DNA of 64,000 nucleotides, from assembly GCF_964355755.1 (NCBI RefSeq), contig NC_092679.1, positions 4,556,201-4,620,200 on the forward strand. Reading direction: 5' to 3'. Source of the DNA: Antedon mediterranea. Lineage: Eukaryota; Animalia; Echinodermata. Below the pieces are notes generated by a model. It was not told where the DNA came from. It saw only the letters and a program-made list of their open reading frames with translations, and did not search any database. Of the stretch, positions 53,516 through 64,000 are shown piece after piece; the first letter of the stretch is position 1; each line of letters opens with the position of its first letter. Position numbers and translations under genes: made by a program.

Positions 53516-54239
53516 CACGTCCAGACATCCTGAGGGCAGACTTCAATATACCAGTATGAACACACCCTATTTATTATGTCAAAGGTCATCCATTATAGTA
53601 TCTACATATTATATAGTATTATACGTATCAGAAATATACTTGAATCTATAGTGAGTAATGTTCCATATATATTGCTACACATTATTGCTTAAACGAGCAC
53701 AAGACATGGCTTATCTGCTCACGGCAATATAATCGTAGTCACATCAATTTCAAAGGACTTGAAACATTGCCAAAGAAAACAAATGAAATAAATTAATGTG
53801 ATTATTTTAAATGATTACAAACTATACTATATATAAGAATAATTTAAAGTCTTTTTGCTACAATCAAATATTAACATTAATATATAAATTAATGCAATTA
53901 TTTCAATTAATGAAATATCACCAATTTATATCAAAATTATTGTTGTTATGTAATTAATTTGTAGTAGCAATTTAATACTCACTATCAATTAATGAAATTA
54001 TTTCAAATAATTAAATTCATTGAAATAAATAATTTGAATAATTGGTAGTAGAAATTAGATATAAACATTAGAATTTATTATTTGAAAGTTACGTTAATTT
54101 ATAACAATTTCTTTTACCCATTTAGTAAAATCCTGTACAATGAATTATATATTTGAAGCCGCCAATTAATGCAATAATTTATACAAAACTGATTAATGAT
54201 TACCATATATATATAAATATAAATCCAAACGCAAATTAT

Positions 54240-55173
54240 AATGTGGGTATCAGTGGCTGGATCTCAATAGAGATACAAGATAAAATAAGCACTGAAAATG
54301 ACAATGCTGTGGGTGTCAGTGGATGGATCTCAATGGAGATACAAATAAAATAAGCACTGAAAAATGACAATGCTGTGGGTATCAGTGACTGGATCTCAAT
54401 GGAGATACAAGATAAAACTAGAAAGACACTCCGAGAGTGCATACCTCCGCCTACTGTAAAATTCTCCTACATAAGATTTCTCCGGTAACAAAGAAATATA
54501 TATATATATTTGTGTGTGTCTTAATGCTGTTTGTGATTTAGGCTAATTTCACTACAAGCATGTGTATGCGAGTTTGGTTATGTAACAAGCCTTTCAATTA
54601 ACAATAGCTTCAGTTGACTAACAATAGAATAGCAACGCGAAAATCAAACGAGTGAATTTGAAAAGAAATAGGTTTTTTAAACTACTCGCATCAAAAAAAC
54701 GTGCACATTAAATCAAATTATGTTTTATTAAAACATAATTATTTAAAACTTTTAAATTTACAAATTACAAATTATACCTCTTGCACAAAAATGAAGTTTT
54801 TTGGACAAGTAGTTCTCGAGAAAATGCAATTTTAGTTTATTTGTTACTATAAGACTGCTCGCCGGCTTTTGGAAAATTCTGTCCTATCTTTTAACACTAG
54901 CAGGTCTGAACAGTATACCGAAAAAGTGGTCCAGAATTGGGACCATGGTCCCAAATGGTCACGAAATTTAATGGAATGGTCCTTGACCACATATCTATCC
55001 TTATATTCATTTTGGTAAAGATCTTGTAATTACTTTTTGAGTAATCCTGCTAACAACCAAACAAACAAACAAACACACGCTACCGATTACATATACCTCC
55101 TTGGCGGAGGTAAATAAGCACTGAAAAATGATCAGTGGCTGGATTTCAATGGAGATACAAAATAAAATAAGCA
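54240..55173. repeat. Tandem repeat of about 67 bp, about 4 copies, interrupted by the element at 54417-55093
   Basis: gtgggtatcagtggctggatctcaatggagatacaagataaaataagcactgaaaaatgac occurs on both sides of the insertion. Confidence 0.85.
54417..55093 (-). mobile_element. Non-autonomous Helentron/Helitron-like element, second family
   Basis: Minus strand starts TTACCTCCGCCAAGGAGGTA followed by a GTTT microsatellite. It ends GGCGGAGGTATGCACTCTCGGAGTGTCTTTCTAGT (subterminal repeat, hairpin, CTAGT). No target duplication. Confidence 0.8.
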
Positions 55174-55460
55174 AAAAGCTAAATCAAAAGAATATTTAAG
55201 TAAAACAGCCAGAAAAAGTAGCAGAGCTTTCGGGCAACACTAGCCCTTCATCAGTGCAATTGTATATCATAAAAATTATATCATAAAAATTACATTTCGG
55301 TATTAAGAGCCCATCTCAAGTGAGTCAATGTCCAAGTTAAGAAAGGGGATGCTATAATTCGCAAAGTCTCAGATAACGACAAATTATAATATTAATTTGC
55401 AGAATTACAGACATATTCTATTGAATTTATAGTCCTTTTTGATTTAATAAATACTTTTAC
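55170..55460 (-). mobile_element. Penelope-like retroelement 3' remnant (pseudo-LTR region)
   Basis: Contains the hammerhead. It is preceded on the minus strand by a frameshifted ...WTL/DSLE.MG/LNTEM* stretch resembling the GIY-YIG C-terminal L.TL.P.GLN motif, and followed by a T-rich tail. Confidence 0.55.
55221..55257 (-). ncRNA. Minimal type I hammerhead ribozyme, Penelope-like-element type
   Basis: Minus strand reads GCA-CUGAUGA-A-GGGC-uaguguu-GCCC-GAAA-GC-UC|UGC. It has an intact core, 4-bp stem II, palindromic AGCU stem III and stem I GCA/UGC. Confidence 0.8.
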
Positions 55461-57463
55461 AGTTCTGTCCCTTTAACATGTCTTTTAGTGACAATTTTAG
55501 TGACAATTTTAGTGGTGTTAGTGGAAAATGAGATAATGATAAAATACAGTGTATTTTTACACACGCATAAAAGTTCCATAAATATCTCGTTGTTTAACAT
55601 TGCAAATACACAGTAATACAGTATGCATCATATTTTATTACTTGAAATCATAAATAAGCAGGCCGAATCACATGAACACATATATAAATGTCAACTTAAA
55701 CACATAAATTGAATGCTATGAATCGTGGGAAATGGAAGACCTTTGACCTATCAGTTTGCGATTATTGATGTTTTTAGGGTTAAAATAGAATATTAGGAAT
55801 AAGTGTGATGAATTATATTGTTATTCTAATGTATTGAATCAAGTATAACTATTAATGTTGAAAAAACTTATGTAATATAATGCCAGTATTAATGTCACAA
55901 AAACCAATTTCACATCATAATATAAAATAATGTCATGTACTAATACATTAATGTCATTGTCACATACATAAATGTCATATAATATGTCACATAATGCATA
56001 TTAGTGACAATTTTTAAATAATGTCACATGAATTATGTCACATAAATGTTTGATTTTGTTAATATGTCATATAATGCATCACAATTTTTAAATAATGTCA
56101 CATGAATTATGTCACATTTTTCATTTATTATTACTTAAAAATGTAACATTAATGTTAATAAATAATGTCACATAATGCATATCACATAATTTTTAAATAA
56201 TGTCACATAAATGTATAATTTATTATTACATAATAATAACATATTGTAAACATATCTTGTCACATAATATATAAATAATGTCACAACACATAATTGAACA
56301 ATATGAATCATAGACAACAGGAGACCTTTTGCAGACTCTTTTTTTTATCATCTGTAAAGTAATTGATGCGTTTTTAATCTTTGGGTTGAATAGAATATTA
56401 TTAGAACAAAAATGTTTTGAATTAATGCAATTACAAATGTCAACCTCGATAAATGAAACACTCCGATGAATTATGGGAATAGAAACTTTTGATTTATTAA
56501 TATTATTTTGCGATTTATCCGATTTAATCATAGCATTAATATGCAATACAAACTTTTGAATAGTAAATTAATTGGTTAAAGTTTATTAATAAATAAATAC
56601 AAATTTAATAATTTAATTTAAACTCAACTAAATGTAAATAAAGTAAATATAGAATAAAAAATATATAAATTATATTTATAATAAATATAACTTTTTATAT
56701 TAATGTTTCCGTTCTGTAGGATTGGTCCGAAGTTCAATGTTTATCTTATCTTAGTAATATTTTTTTTTAAATCGTTATTACATGAAAATTTTAATAATAA
56801 TAAAAATATTACTGGATAATATTTTATTATAATATTGTTTCTTTTCATTAGAAATAAATGATGTTCCTTTTCATCTTCTATAGCACATAAATCATTTGAT
56901 GTGACCTTGATCGGGGGGACAATTGTATGTAGTATAAATTGCATTATTATAAATAATGCAATACTCCTTAAATACGTCCCTCACTGTTTTCACTGCTTTT
57001 TATAATAGAAGAAAATGGGAAGCCTTCATGTGTAATGAATAGCCTATATATCATAGGTTATTACGGCTTGAGAGGGACAGGCTGAATGAGCTGCTAGTAG
57101 AACGAGGTTGTCACACACGAATTTAGAATGTATTGCGAGGTTCATGACACGATGTACAACCTATATCTTTGGCAAATAAATCGCGTAATCAAACGCATCA
57201 AATCATTGAATATTGCTGCTGCATGTTACAAAATTATTCGGTTTGCATTTCTGTGTTCGATATATTGACGACGCAAATTCTACGCAAGATTATTCACATC
57301 AAAAATATTTATTAGAGCCCTGGTTTCCAAACTATTATTGTATTCTAGTTCACAACTAGATCGCCAATTTCAAAGCATGCTATTAGTATTAGTATAATAT
57401 TGCTCACTTTAAAATGTGTGTTTACCATTTTGTTTTTACTTAGTTGTGTGGAAGTATTAGGAA

Positions 57464-57586
57464 GTATATTTGGTATGAGTGTATATTTGGTATGAGTGTA
57501 TATTTAGTATGAGTGTATATTTAGTATGAGTGTATATTTAGTATGAGTGTATATTTGGTATGAGTGTATATTTGGTATGAGTGTAT
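57464..57586. repeat. 17-bp minisatellite gtatattt(g/a)gtatgagt, 7 copies
   Basis: Direct periodicity. Confidence 0.95.
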
Positions 57587-58328
57587 CTTCAGTAAGCTAC
57601 AGAGTTTTTCTTACAGCACACAATCATACACATAGGGTGTGATGGTATAGTGGTAGTAATCAATCACACAGAGTCTTGAAATCCAGCTATAAATAAATAA
57701 ACGTTTTATTGGGTTGTTCCAACATAACAGTCTAAAAACATGAGTCTCTCCATCCTCAACACCCACGAGGTCTCACCCTAGACGCCCTCTATGAGTAACG
57801 TTCACTTATAGAGTAACATAGGGTATCAAAATGCAGACCAGAAGGTTTTGTACATTTGAAAATTATCCACCATCTTGGATTTAATATGGCAGACAAAATG
57901 GTGACAGAAACCTCCAAACTTGGGCTGCTTTTGTTCGTTATAAATGCCCAGTGAGGAGGGGGAAATAAGGTATTAAAAGGACTGGAATTGTAGGTACTTC
58001 TGAAATATGTCTGAGGCATATTCCAGACATTTCGCTTGTGACAGTATAACATTAGAGATGTTTCGTTTTAACATGTTTTTGAAGCACAAAAACCAAAACA
58101 ATAATTCAATATTCGGAATCAGTATACTGTTTCTTCTCATGAGAACTTTTTAATAATATAAAACTTATATACAGTGTTTCAAACACATTATATACAATGG
58201 TACATAAAATATTGGAACTGAAAAAAAATTCTTAATTCCAATTGTGGTATTGTTAGTTCAATCATATCTCCATGGTTCAATAATGTGAACAAATTGTAAT
58301 AATTATAAAAATGTTATAGTGCCCTCAC

Positions 58329-58448
58329 CGATTCAACAGGGACGTACAAGTGGTCTGCTGGTAAACGTACACATTGTTGACTAGCCTCAAGAACTCCTTG
58401 TCTGACGTGAAATGATTTGGATATTTGCTCCTTGCAATTTGTACCAAT
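58329..58448 (-). CDS. RAD51B: RAD51 paralog B, internal coding exon (equivalent to human exon 6); not in the ORF track's reading frame
   Basis: Acceptor ...atcaacag| then (R)LVQIARSKYPNHFTSDKEFLRLVNNVYVYQQTTCTSLLN-R, donor |gtgagg. 120 nt, phase 2 to 2, joins both neighbouring exons in frame. Confidence 0.93.
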
Positions 58449-58516
58449 CTGTTGATATGTAACCATAGAAACTATAAATGATTGATTCCCAGGGCATATA
58501 AACATCATTTTAACAT

Positions 58517-58770
58517 CTCAAATCATTTTGAAACAATTTCTCGAGACAGTTTCTCAAATAATTTCGAGAAAATTTCTCAAGACAGTTTCTCAAATAATTT
58601 CGAGACAATTTCTCGAGACAGTTTCTTAAATAACTTCGAGACAATTTCTCAAGACACTTTCTCAAATAATTTTGAGACAATTTCTCGAGACAGCTTCTCA
58701 AATAATTTTTAGACAATTTCTAGAGACACTTTCTCAAATAATTTCGAGACAATTTCTCAAGACACTTTTA
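58517..58770. repeat. 36-bp minisatellite, about 7 copies, about 70 bp from a RAD51B acceptor
   Basis: Unit aataatttcgagacaatttctc(g/a)agaca(g/c)tttctca. Confidence 0.95.
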
Positions 58771-59061
58771 ATAACTCAACGACCATTAGGCTGAGTAAAC
58801 ATAACAATTGCAATACCAATGATAGGCAGTAAAACGAATTGAAAACACTTCAATTTGAATGGGATTTATAAGAGTAATGATAATTATAAGTCAACAATAA
58901 ATTGCTTTAATAAACAGACTGATGCTTTAGTACATTTCAAAGATCATTTCAGTAGCGACAACTCAATGGTACTTAACATATGGCCAAGTTTAATACAGTA
59001 GAATATTATATTAATATTATTGAGTGTGGCTTTAAAATATTGCTCCTCCGTCAGTTCATAG

Positions 59062-59728
59062 GAGTATCCCCTGAATAAGGGTGTCCCCTGAATAAGGGTG
59101 TCCTCTGAATAGGGGTGTCCCCTGAATAGGGGTATCTCTTGAATAGGGGTGTATCCTGAATAGGTGTGTCCCATTAATGGGGTGTCCCCTTAATAGGAGT
59201 GTCCTTTAATACAGTGTCCTGTTAATAGGGGGTCCCCCGAATAGCAGAGGTGTCCCCTTAATAGGCATTTCTCATGAATAGGGGTGTCCCCTTAATAGAT
59301 GTCCCTTTAATAGGGGTGTCCCCTGAATAGGGGTGTCCCCTGAATAGGGGTTCCCCCTTAATAGGGGTGTCTCCTGAATAGGTGTGTCCCATGAATGGGG
59401 TGCCTCACTAATAGGAGTGTCCTTTTAATACAATGTCCTGTTAATAGGGGTGTCCCTTTAATAGGAGTGTCCACTGAATAGGGGTGTCCCTTTAATAGGG
59501 GTGTCTCCTGAATAGGTGTGTCTTTTTAATACAGTGTCCTGTTAGGGGTGTCCCCTTAATAGGAGTGTCCTTTTAATACAGTGTCCTGTTAATAGGGGGG
59601 TCCCCTTAATAGGAGTGTCCTTTAATACAGTGTCCTGATAATAGGGATGTCCCCTTAATAGGGATGTTCCCTAATAGCAGAGGTGTGTCCCCTTAATAGG
59701 GGTATCTCAAATGAGGGGTTCAACCGTA
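59062..59728. repeat. 17-bp minisatellite aataggggtgtcccct(g/t) expanded inside a family B MITE
   Basis: Direct periodicity. It ends in gaggggttcaaccgta, resembling the family B right TIR. Confidence 0.9.
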
Positions 59729-60654
59729 TTTCAAATTACAAGATGTTTGTTTCTGCTAAATATATTGTTTAATAAGAAATAATTATATTTCTTCTCATTT
59801 GTTTGGGAATGTGTCTCTTTAATAGGGTGCCCCAAAGGTTTTACTGTGAACTGATATTAATATCTATACAACTTCTATAGAGGCAATTATATTTATAAAT
59901 TCATAACTAATTTGAATATTCATGAGGTGTGCGATTCAATTATCGTGTAGGCATAATTAGCTATAGACAGTGCGACCAAGCAATTTAATTAAATATTAAA
60001 CAACATAGTCTTGATATTTTGTATAACCGACCTACATAAAGCATGAATAGCTATGTGAAAGGTACTGTTGTTGAATTCGCTATACATTGGGTTATTCATA
60101 TTTGTAATATAAATAGTTTAAGAATAATTCTGCTCTAATGCAATTTTCAGATAGTTAAAATTGACTGTTATTCAGATTAAATAAATATTTTATATATCAA
60201 TTGGGCAATCTATGTACAACTATTGCCACATTAAGACACGGAGGAAAATATATAAAACGGTAAACCAGTCAACTTCGGTAAACATGGTTTTTCAATAGAA
60301 AGAATATAATTTTCTTCAACTTTATACAAATTGTAAAAATGTCCACTATATAAGCAGAAAGTGAAGACTTTTACTTCTAAAACCAAATGAGGACAACATC
60401 GATTGTAAAAAGTATGAACTAAGTAGATTTATTTCCACATACAATTAGTTACTCCAATGTTTCAAACTTGTTATTATAAAACTGTAGAGGGCAGCAGTAT
60501 GCTACTGGAAGAGAAAACAAAACTTTATAAAATGATTTTAAATACTGTATTTATTCGAAGAGGGGATTTTTTTGGGGGGAGAGGGACCATTTATTTGAAC
60601 GAGGCATTCATTCGGGGGAGACGTTTATATTTTTGGGTGTGATATGGTAACATG

Positions 60655-61602
60655 TATTATACAGATATTGACTGCTTAGAGGTTAAATATAAGATTTGAC
60701 ATCCCCGAGGGAATGATATTAAGTTCGAGGGAATATATATTTCCCGAAGCGCCAGCTGAGGGAAATATATATTCCCCGAGAACTTAATATCATTCCCGAG
60801 GGGATGTCAAATCTTATATTTAACCGATATAAAAGGCAATATCTGTTATATTATATAGCCAAGAACAAGTCTGCTGGGTTGGGTGAAGCTAGGCTAGGCC
60901 TCCTATAGTATTTGTATTGTATTTAAAACAAGCCTGCCTAGACACCTTACCTTGCGAAGAATAATATACAGATAATTACTAATTGATGATTCCTTGGCAA
61001 TAAAATATTCACTTAGGCCTAGGTCGTTTAAATTAACAGAAGAATTTCCATCAATAAGCCTATTAATAATAATATTATAATCAGGTAGGCCGAATAAACA
61101 ATTCGTCTTCTCTCGATCTTCGAGGAGCCGAATCACCGGATGTTCAGCGCGTACTAGTTACTAGGTTACTACCGTGAGTATTGACCAATCACAAACGGTG
61201 TTTCATCACATTTAGGGTGGACTTATAACAAATGAGGGCGCTATGTATGCATAGCTTAAATAGTTTAGAAGATTAATTTCTTCAAGCAAATTCCGTGGCC
61301 CAGCGGATGAAACGTTGTCTTGCGATGGAGTGACAATTCCACCCGAGTTCAAGATCGAGTAGATGACTTTTGTTTATTTATCGGCAAACTCGAGTGTTGC
61401 ACACGAAAATTACACAGTCAATATCATCGTACTCGAGAATTTATATGATTAATAACAGGGGACACGATTATTACGCGAAAATTACACAGTCAATATCATC
61501 GTTCTCGAGGATATATACGATTTACGATCCTCGCAGCGGTAGTCATGTGATGCAGTTTCAACCAATCACGTTCGCGTATTTACATAGGCTATGTAATATA
61601 AT
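60655..61602. mobile_element. Non-autonomous Crypton-like (tyrosine recombinase type) element with large terminal hairpin
   Basis: 145-nt palindrome at 60681-60825. Internal inverted pair attatatagcc (about 60851) / ggctatgtaat (about 61586). ACCAATCA motif near the right end. Ends are the imperfect 6-bp direct repeats tattat/tataat, and a paralogous empty site lies at 49379-49384. Family assignment is from pattern recall only. Confidence 0.65.
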
Positions 61603-61840
61603 CAAATAAATACCCTCACCACAGATTTGAACAAATACAACATAATTAATATCGAGATGTGATAAAATACAGTAAAAATTGTATCGAAATGCTTGGTAAG
61701 AATTTAAAAAGTCTTTAAATAGCAAATCAAAAAGAATAAATAATATGGTATACTCGCGACATCATGGCATACGTTGACTAGTACAGTATACAAGAATTGA
61801 ATGGTGAAAATATTTCATAAGCTAAAAAACGGATAGACTA

Positions 61841-62190
61841 TTCAATTCAATTCAATTCAAAATTCTTTAATCATCCCACACGGGGCAATTCAAATAAAAA
61901 GGTCTGGATTAAAATGATCTTACAAAATATACAAAATATCACAATACACAGAACAAAAAAAAAAAAAAAGTCAAGTCAAGGTTCAAGAATTTAAGAGTCG
62001 AATAGCCACTGGCAAAAACGAATTCCTTTTCCGGTTTGTTCTACATGCCGGGCATCGAAAGCGACGCCCATGAGGCATGAGCTCGAAATCACTGAACAAG
62101 GCATGGTTAATATTTTTTAGAATAGCTCTACTTTTTTCTAGAGTTTGCATGTCACAGAAAGAAGATAAGCTACGAAGTTGACAACCTATT
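61841..62190 (-). mobile_element. Rex1/Babar-type LINE, 5'-truncated 3' end
   Basis: Minus-strand translation IGCQLRSLSSFCDMQTLEKSRAILK/NHALFSDFELMPHGRRFRCPACRTNRKRNSFLPVAIRLLNS* with one frameshift. 3' UTR has ccccgtgtggga and a (ttgaa)n tail. Confidence 0.85.
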
Positions 62191-62754
62191 TAATTTTTTA
62201 TTCTATTTATTTACAAAAAGCTAAACAATAACATTCATAAATAAAAAAATTAAATATCATTTTTACTATTCAGTAGAATTAATACTAAATATCACATCTG
62301 AAATTAACCAATCAGATAGTAAGGATACACTCAGGTGTTATGAAATACAAATATGAATTTTCATTTTTAAAAAAATTCATAATTTCCGTCAGTGAAATTT
62401 AAGCAGGCTGTAAACGCATTACAATTCACATCCCGTAAGGTAATGCCTGTACTAAGCGCTTCATTAAATTCTTACTGTACACCACAGACATTTATAACAA
62501 ACTTGGGTGTTAGATTTCACTGTTAACACTTTTTAAGCGAAATCATAACGACGGTGTCGGCATCCGCATTTGAAAGATACGCTTGACTTGTTTTGTTCAC
62601 ACCTTTGCATCTCGAGAGCAATCATATTGTTTCTCCAAAAAAAAAAACCATGGCGATAGTAACACTGGTACAACAATTTAAAACACTCCACTTGGAAATT
62701 ACGATTGCTATTACATTTCTACCACATCCAGCTCACTCAAGCATACTATGATAT

Positions 62755-63440
62755 CCCGAATTTGGCACCAGATTTTGGTACAGAATGGTAGCCTGGCCTA
62801 CACCCAAATGAAAAGCACTGAATTGTTGATATCTGAATCATTATTATGTTACAATCTTATTATATGGAAAGTCTACTGTATTCAACATACTGGATTTGGC
62901 ACCAGATTTTGGTACAACTAGCCTACACCCAAATGTTGGCTGTAAGCCACTAAATCTTTGATATCTGAATCAGTTAAACTATTATGTTACAATCTCTTAT
63001 TATTATTATTAAATAATATGTATGAAGAATCTACTGTATTCAACATATTGGATTTGGCACCAGATTTTGGTAAGCATGGTAGCATGGCCTACACTTATAT
63101 TTTAGCTGCAACGCACTAAATTGTTGATATCTGAATTAGTTAAACTATTATCTCACAATCTCTAATTATTATGTATGAAGAATCTACTGTATTCAACATA
63201 TTGGATTTGGCACCAGATATTGGTACAGAATGGTAGCATGGCCTCCACCCAAATGAAAAGCACTGAATTGTTGATACTGTATCTGAATCATTATTATGTT
63301 ACAAACTATTATTTTACAATCTTTTATTATGTATGGAGAGTCTACCGAATTCAACATAATGGATTTGGCAAGAGATTTTGGTACACCTAGCCTACACCTA
63401 AATTACGGTTGTAACACTGAATTGTCGTTATCTGAACCAG
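62755..63440. repeat. Degenerate tandem repeat, about 135-160-bp unit, 5 copies
   Basis: atttggcaccagattttggta recurs near 62760, 62894, 63052, 63205 and 63363. Confidence 0.85.
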
Positions 63441-63716
63441 ACCCTATTTATTTTAAGTGTGCCCATGAAATTATGCAGATCAAATTTTAAAGAAAACATA
63501 ATTCTTAAAACATGTTAAATATGCCATTTCAATGTTACCTAATAGTTATCTACTTTGACCAAAAATTGAATCGAAAAGAAAATGTAGTTACTTAAAATAA
63601 ATTTACCTATTAATCTTTTTTTTCAAGTTTTTGGGGGACAATACATCTTTAATATGTGTTGGCAATGAATGAAAAATGGGCGGCAAAATATGAGCAAGAG
63701 TATAATTGTCACCAAC

Positions 63717-63853
63717 CTTGTAGCACTAAAGGCAGACTCGGTATCAATGTAGGCAACGGCGCCATTTAGGCCGCCACTCCTAGATGGCAGCATGGCCTGT
63801 ACCGTAAGCATCATACAAAACTGTGTCTTTCCGCAACCTGACGGGCCAGCAAT
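63717..63853 (-). CDS. RAD51B: RAD51 paralog B, internal coding exon with Walker A (equivalent to human exon 5)
   Basis: Minus-strand acceptor ...ttattccag| then IAGPSGCGKTQFCMMLTVQAMLPSRSGGLNGAVAYIDTESAFSAT-R, donor |gttggt. 137 nt, phase 0 to 2. GPSGCGKTQFC and YIDTESAFSA are RAD51B-type motifs. Confidence 0.95.
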
Positions 63854-64000
63854 CTGGAATAAATAATACAATAAAATCAATTCATCTATAAAAAATGGGC
63901 CAATACTGATATACACTATCAATCATTTTATAGATTTCTTAAATAAAAAAAAAGATATAAAATTAAAATGTGTATGTACATGCATCTTTGCGTAGAGGGA

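Overview
AT-rich animal (invertebrate-type) genomic DNA, mostly intronic and repeat-rich, with no prokaryotic features. The minus strand carries three consecutive coding exons of RAD51B (63717-63853, 58329-58448, 50176-50359). They have canonical splice sites, compatible phases and lengths of 137, 120 and 184 nt, which as I recall equal human RAD51B exons 5-7. I could not find the next RAD51B exons in bases 1-50175, so the following intron appears to exceed 50 kb. Inside it, on the opposite strand, lies an intronless 305-codon gene with a swiprosin/AIF1-like EF-hand pair (13514-14431). The rest is mobile DNA and tandem arrays: about 14 PIF/Harbinger-type MITE copies, two Helentron/DINE-like families, a Crypton-like element, tRNA- and 5S-derived SINEs, L2/CR1 and Rex1/Babar LINE 3' ends, and a Penelope-like remnant with an intact minimal hammerhead ribozyme. 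Notable details are a 145-nt hairpin whose internal loops are all tandem G.A mismatches, several provable Tc1/mariner excision footprints, and a local duplication flanked by a 13-bp direct repeat. Everything was read by eye, no database searches were run, and repeat boundaries are approximate.
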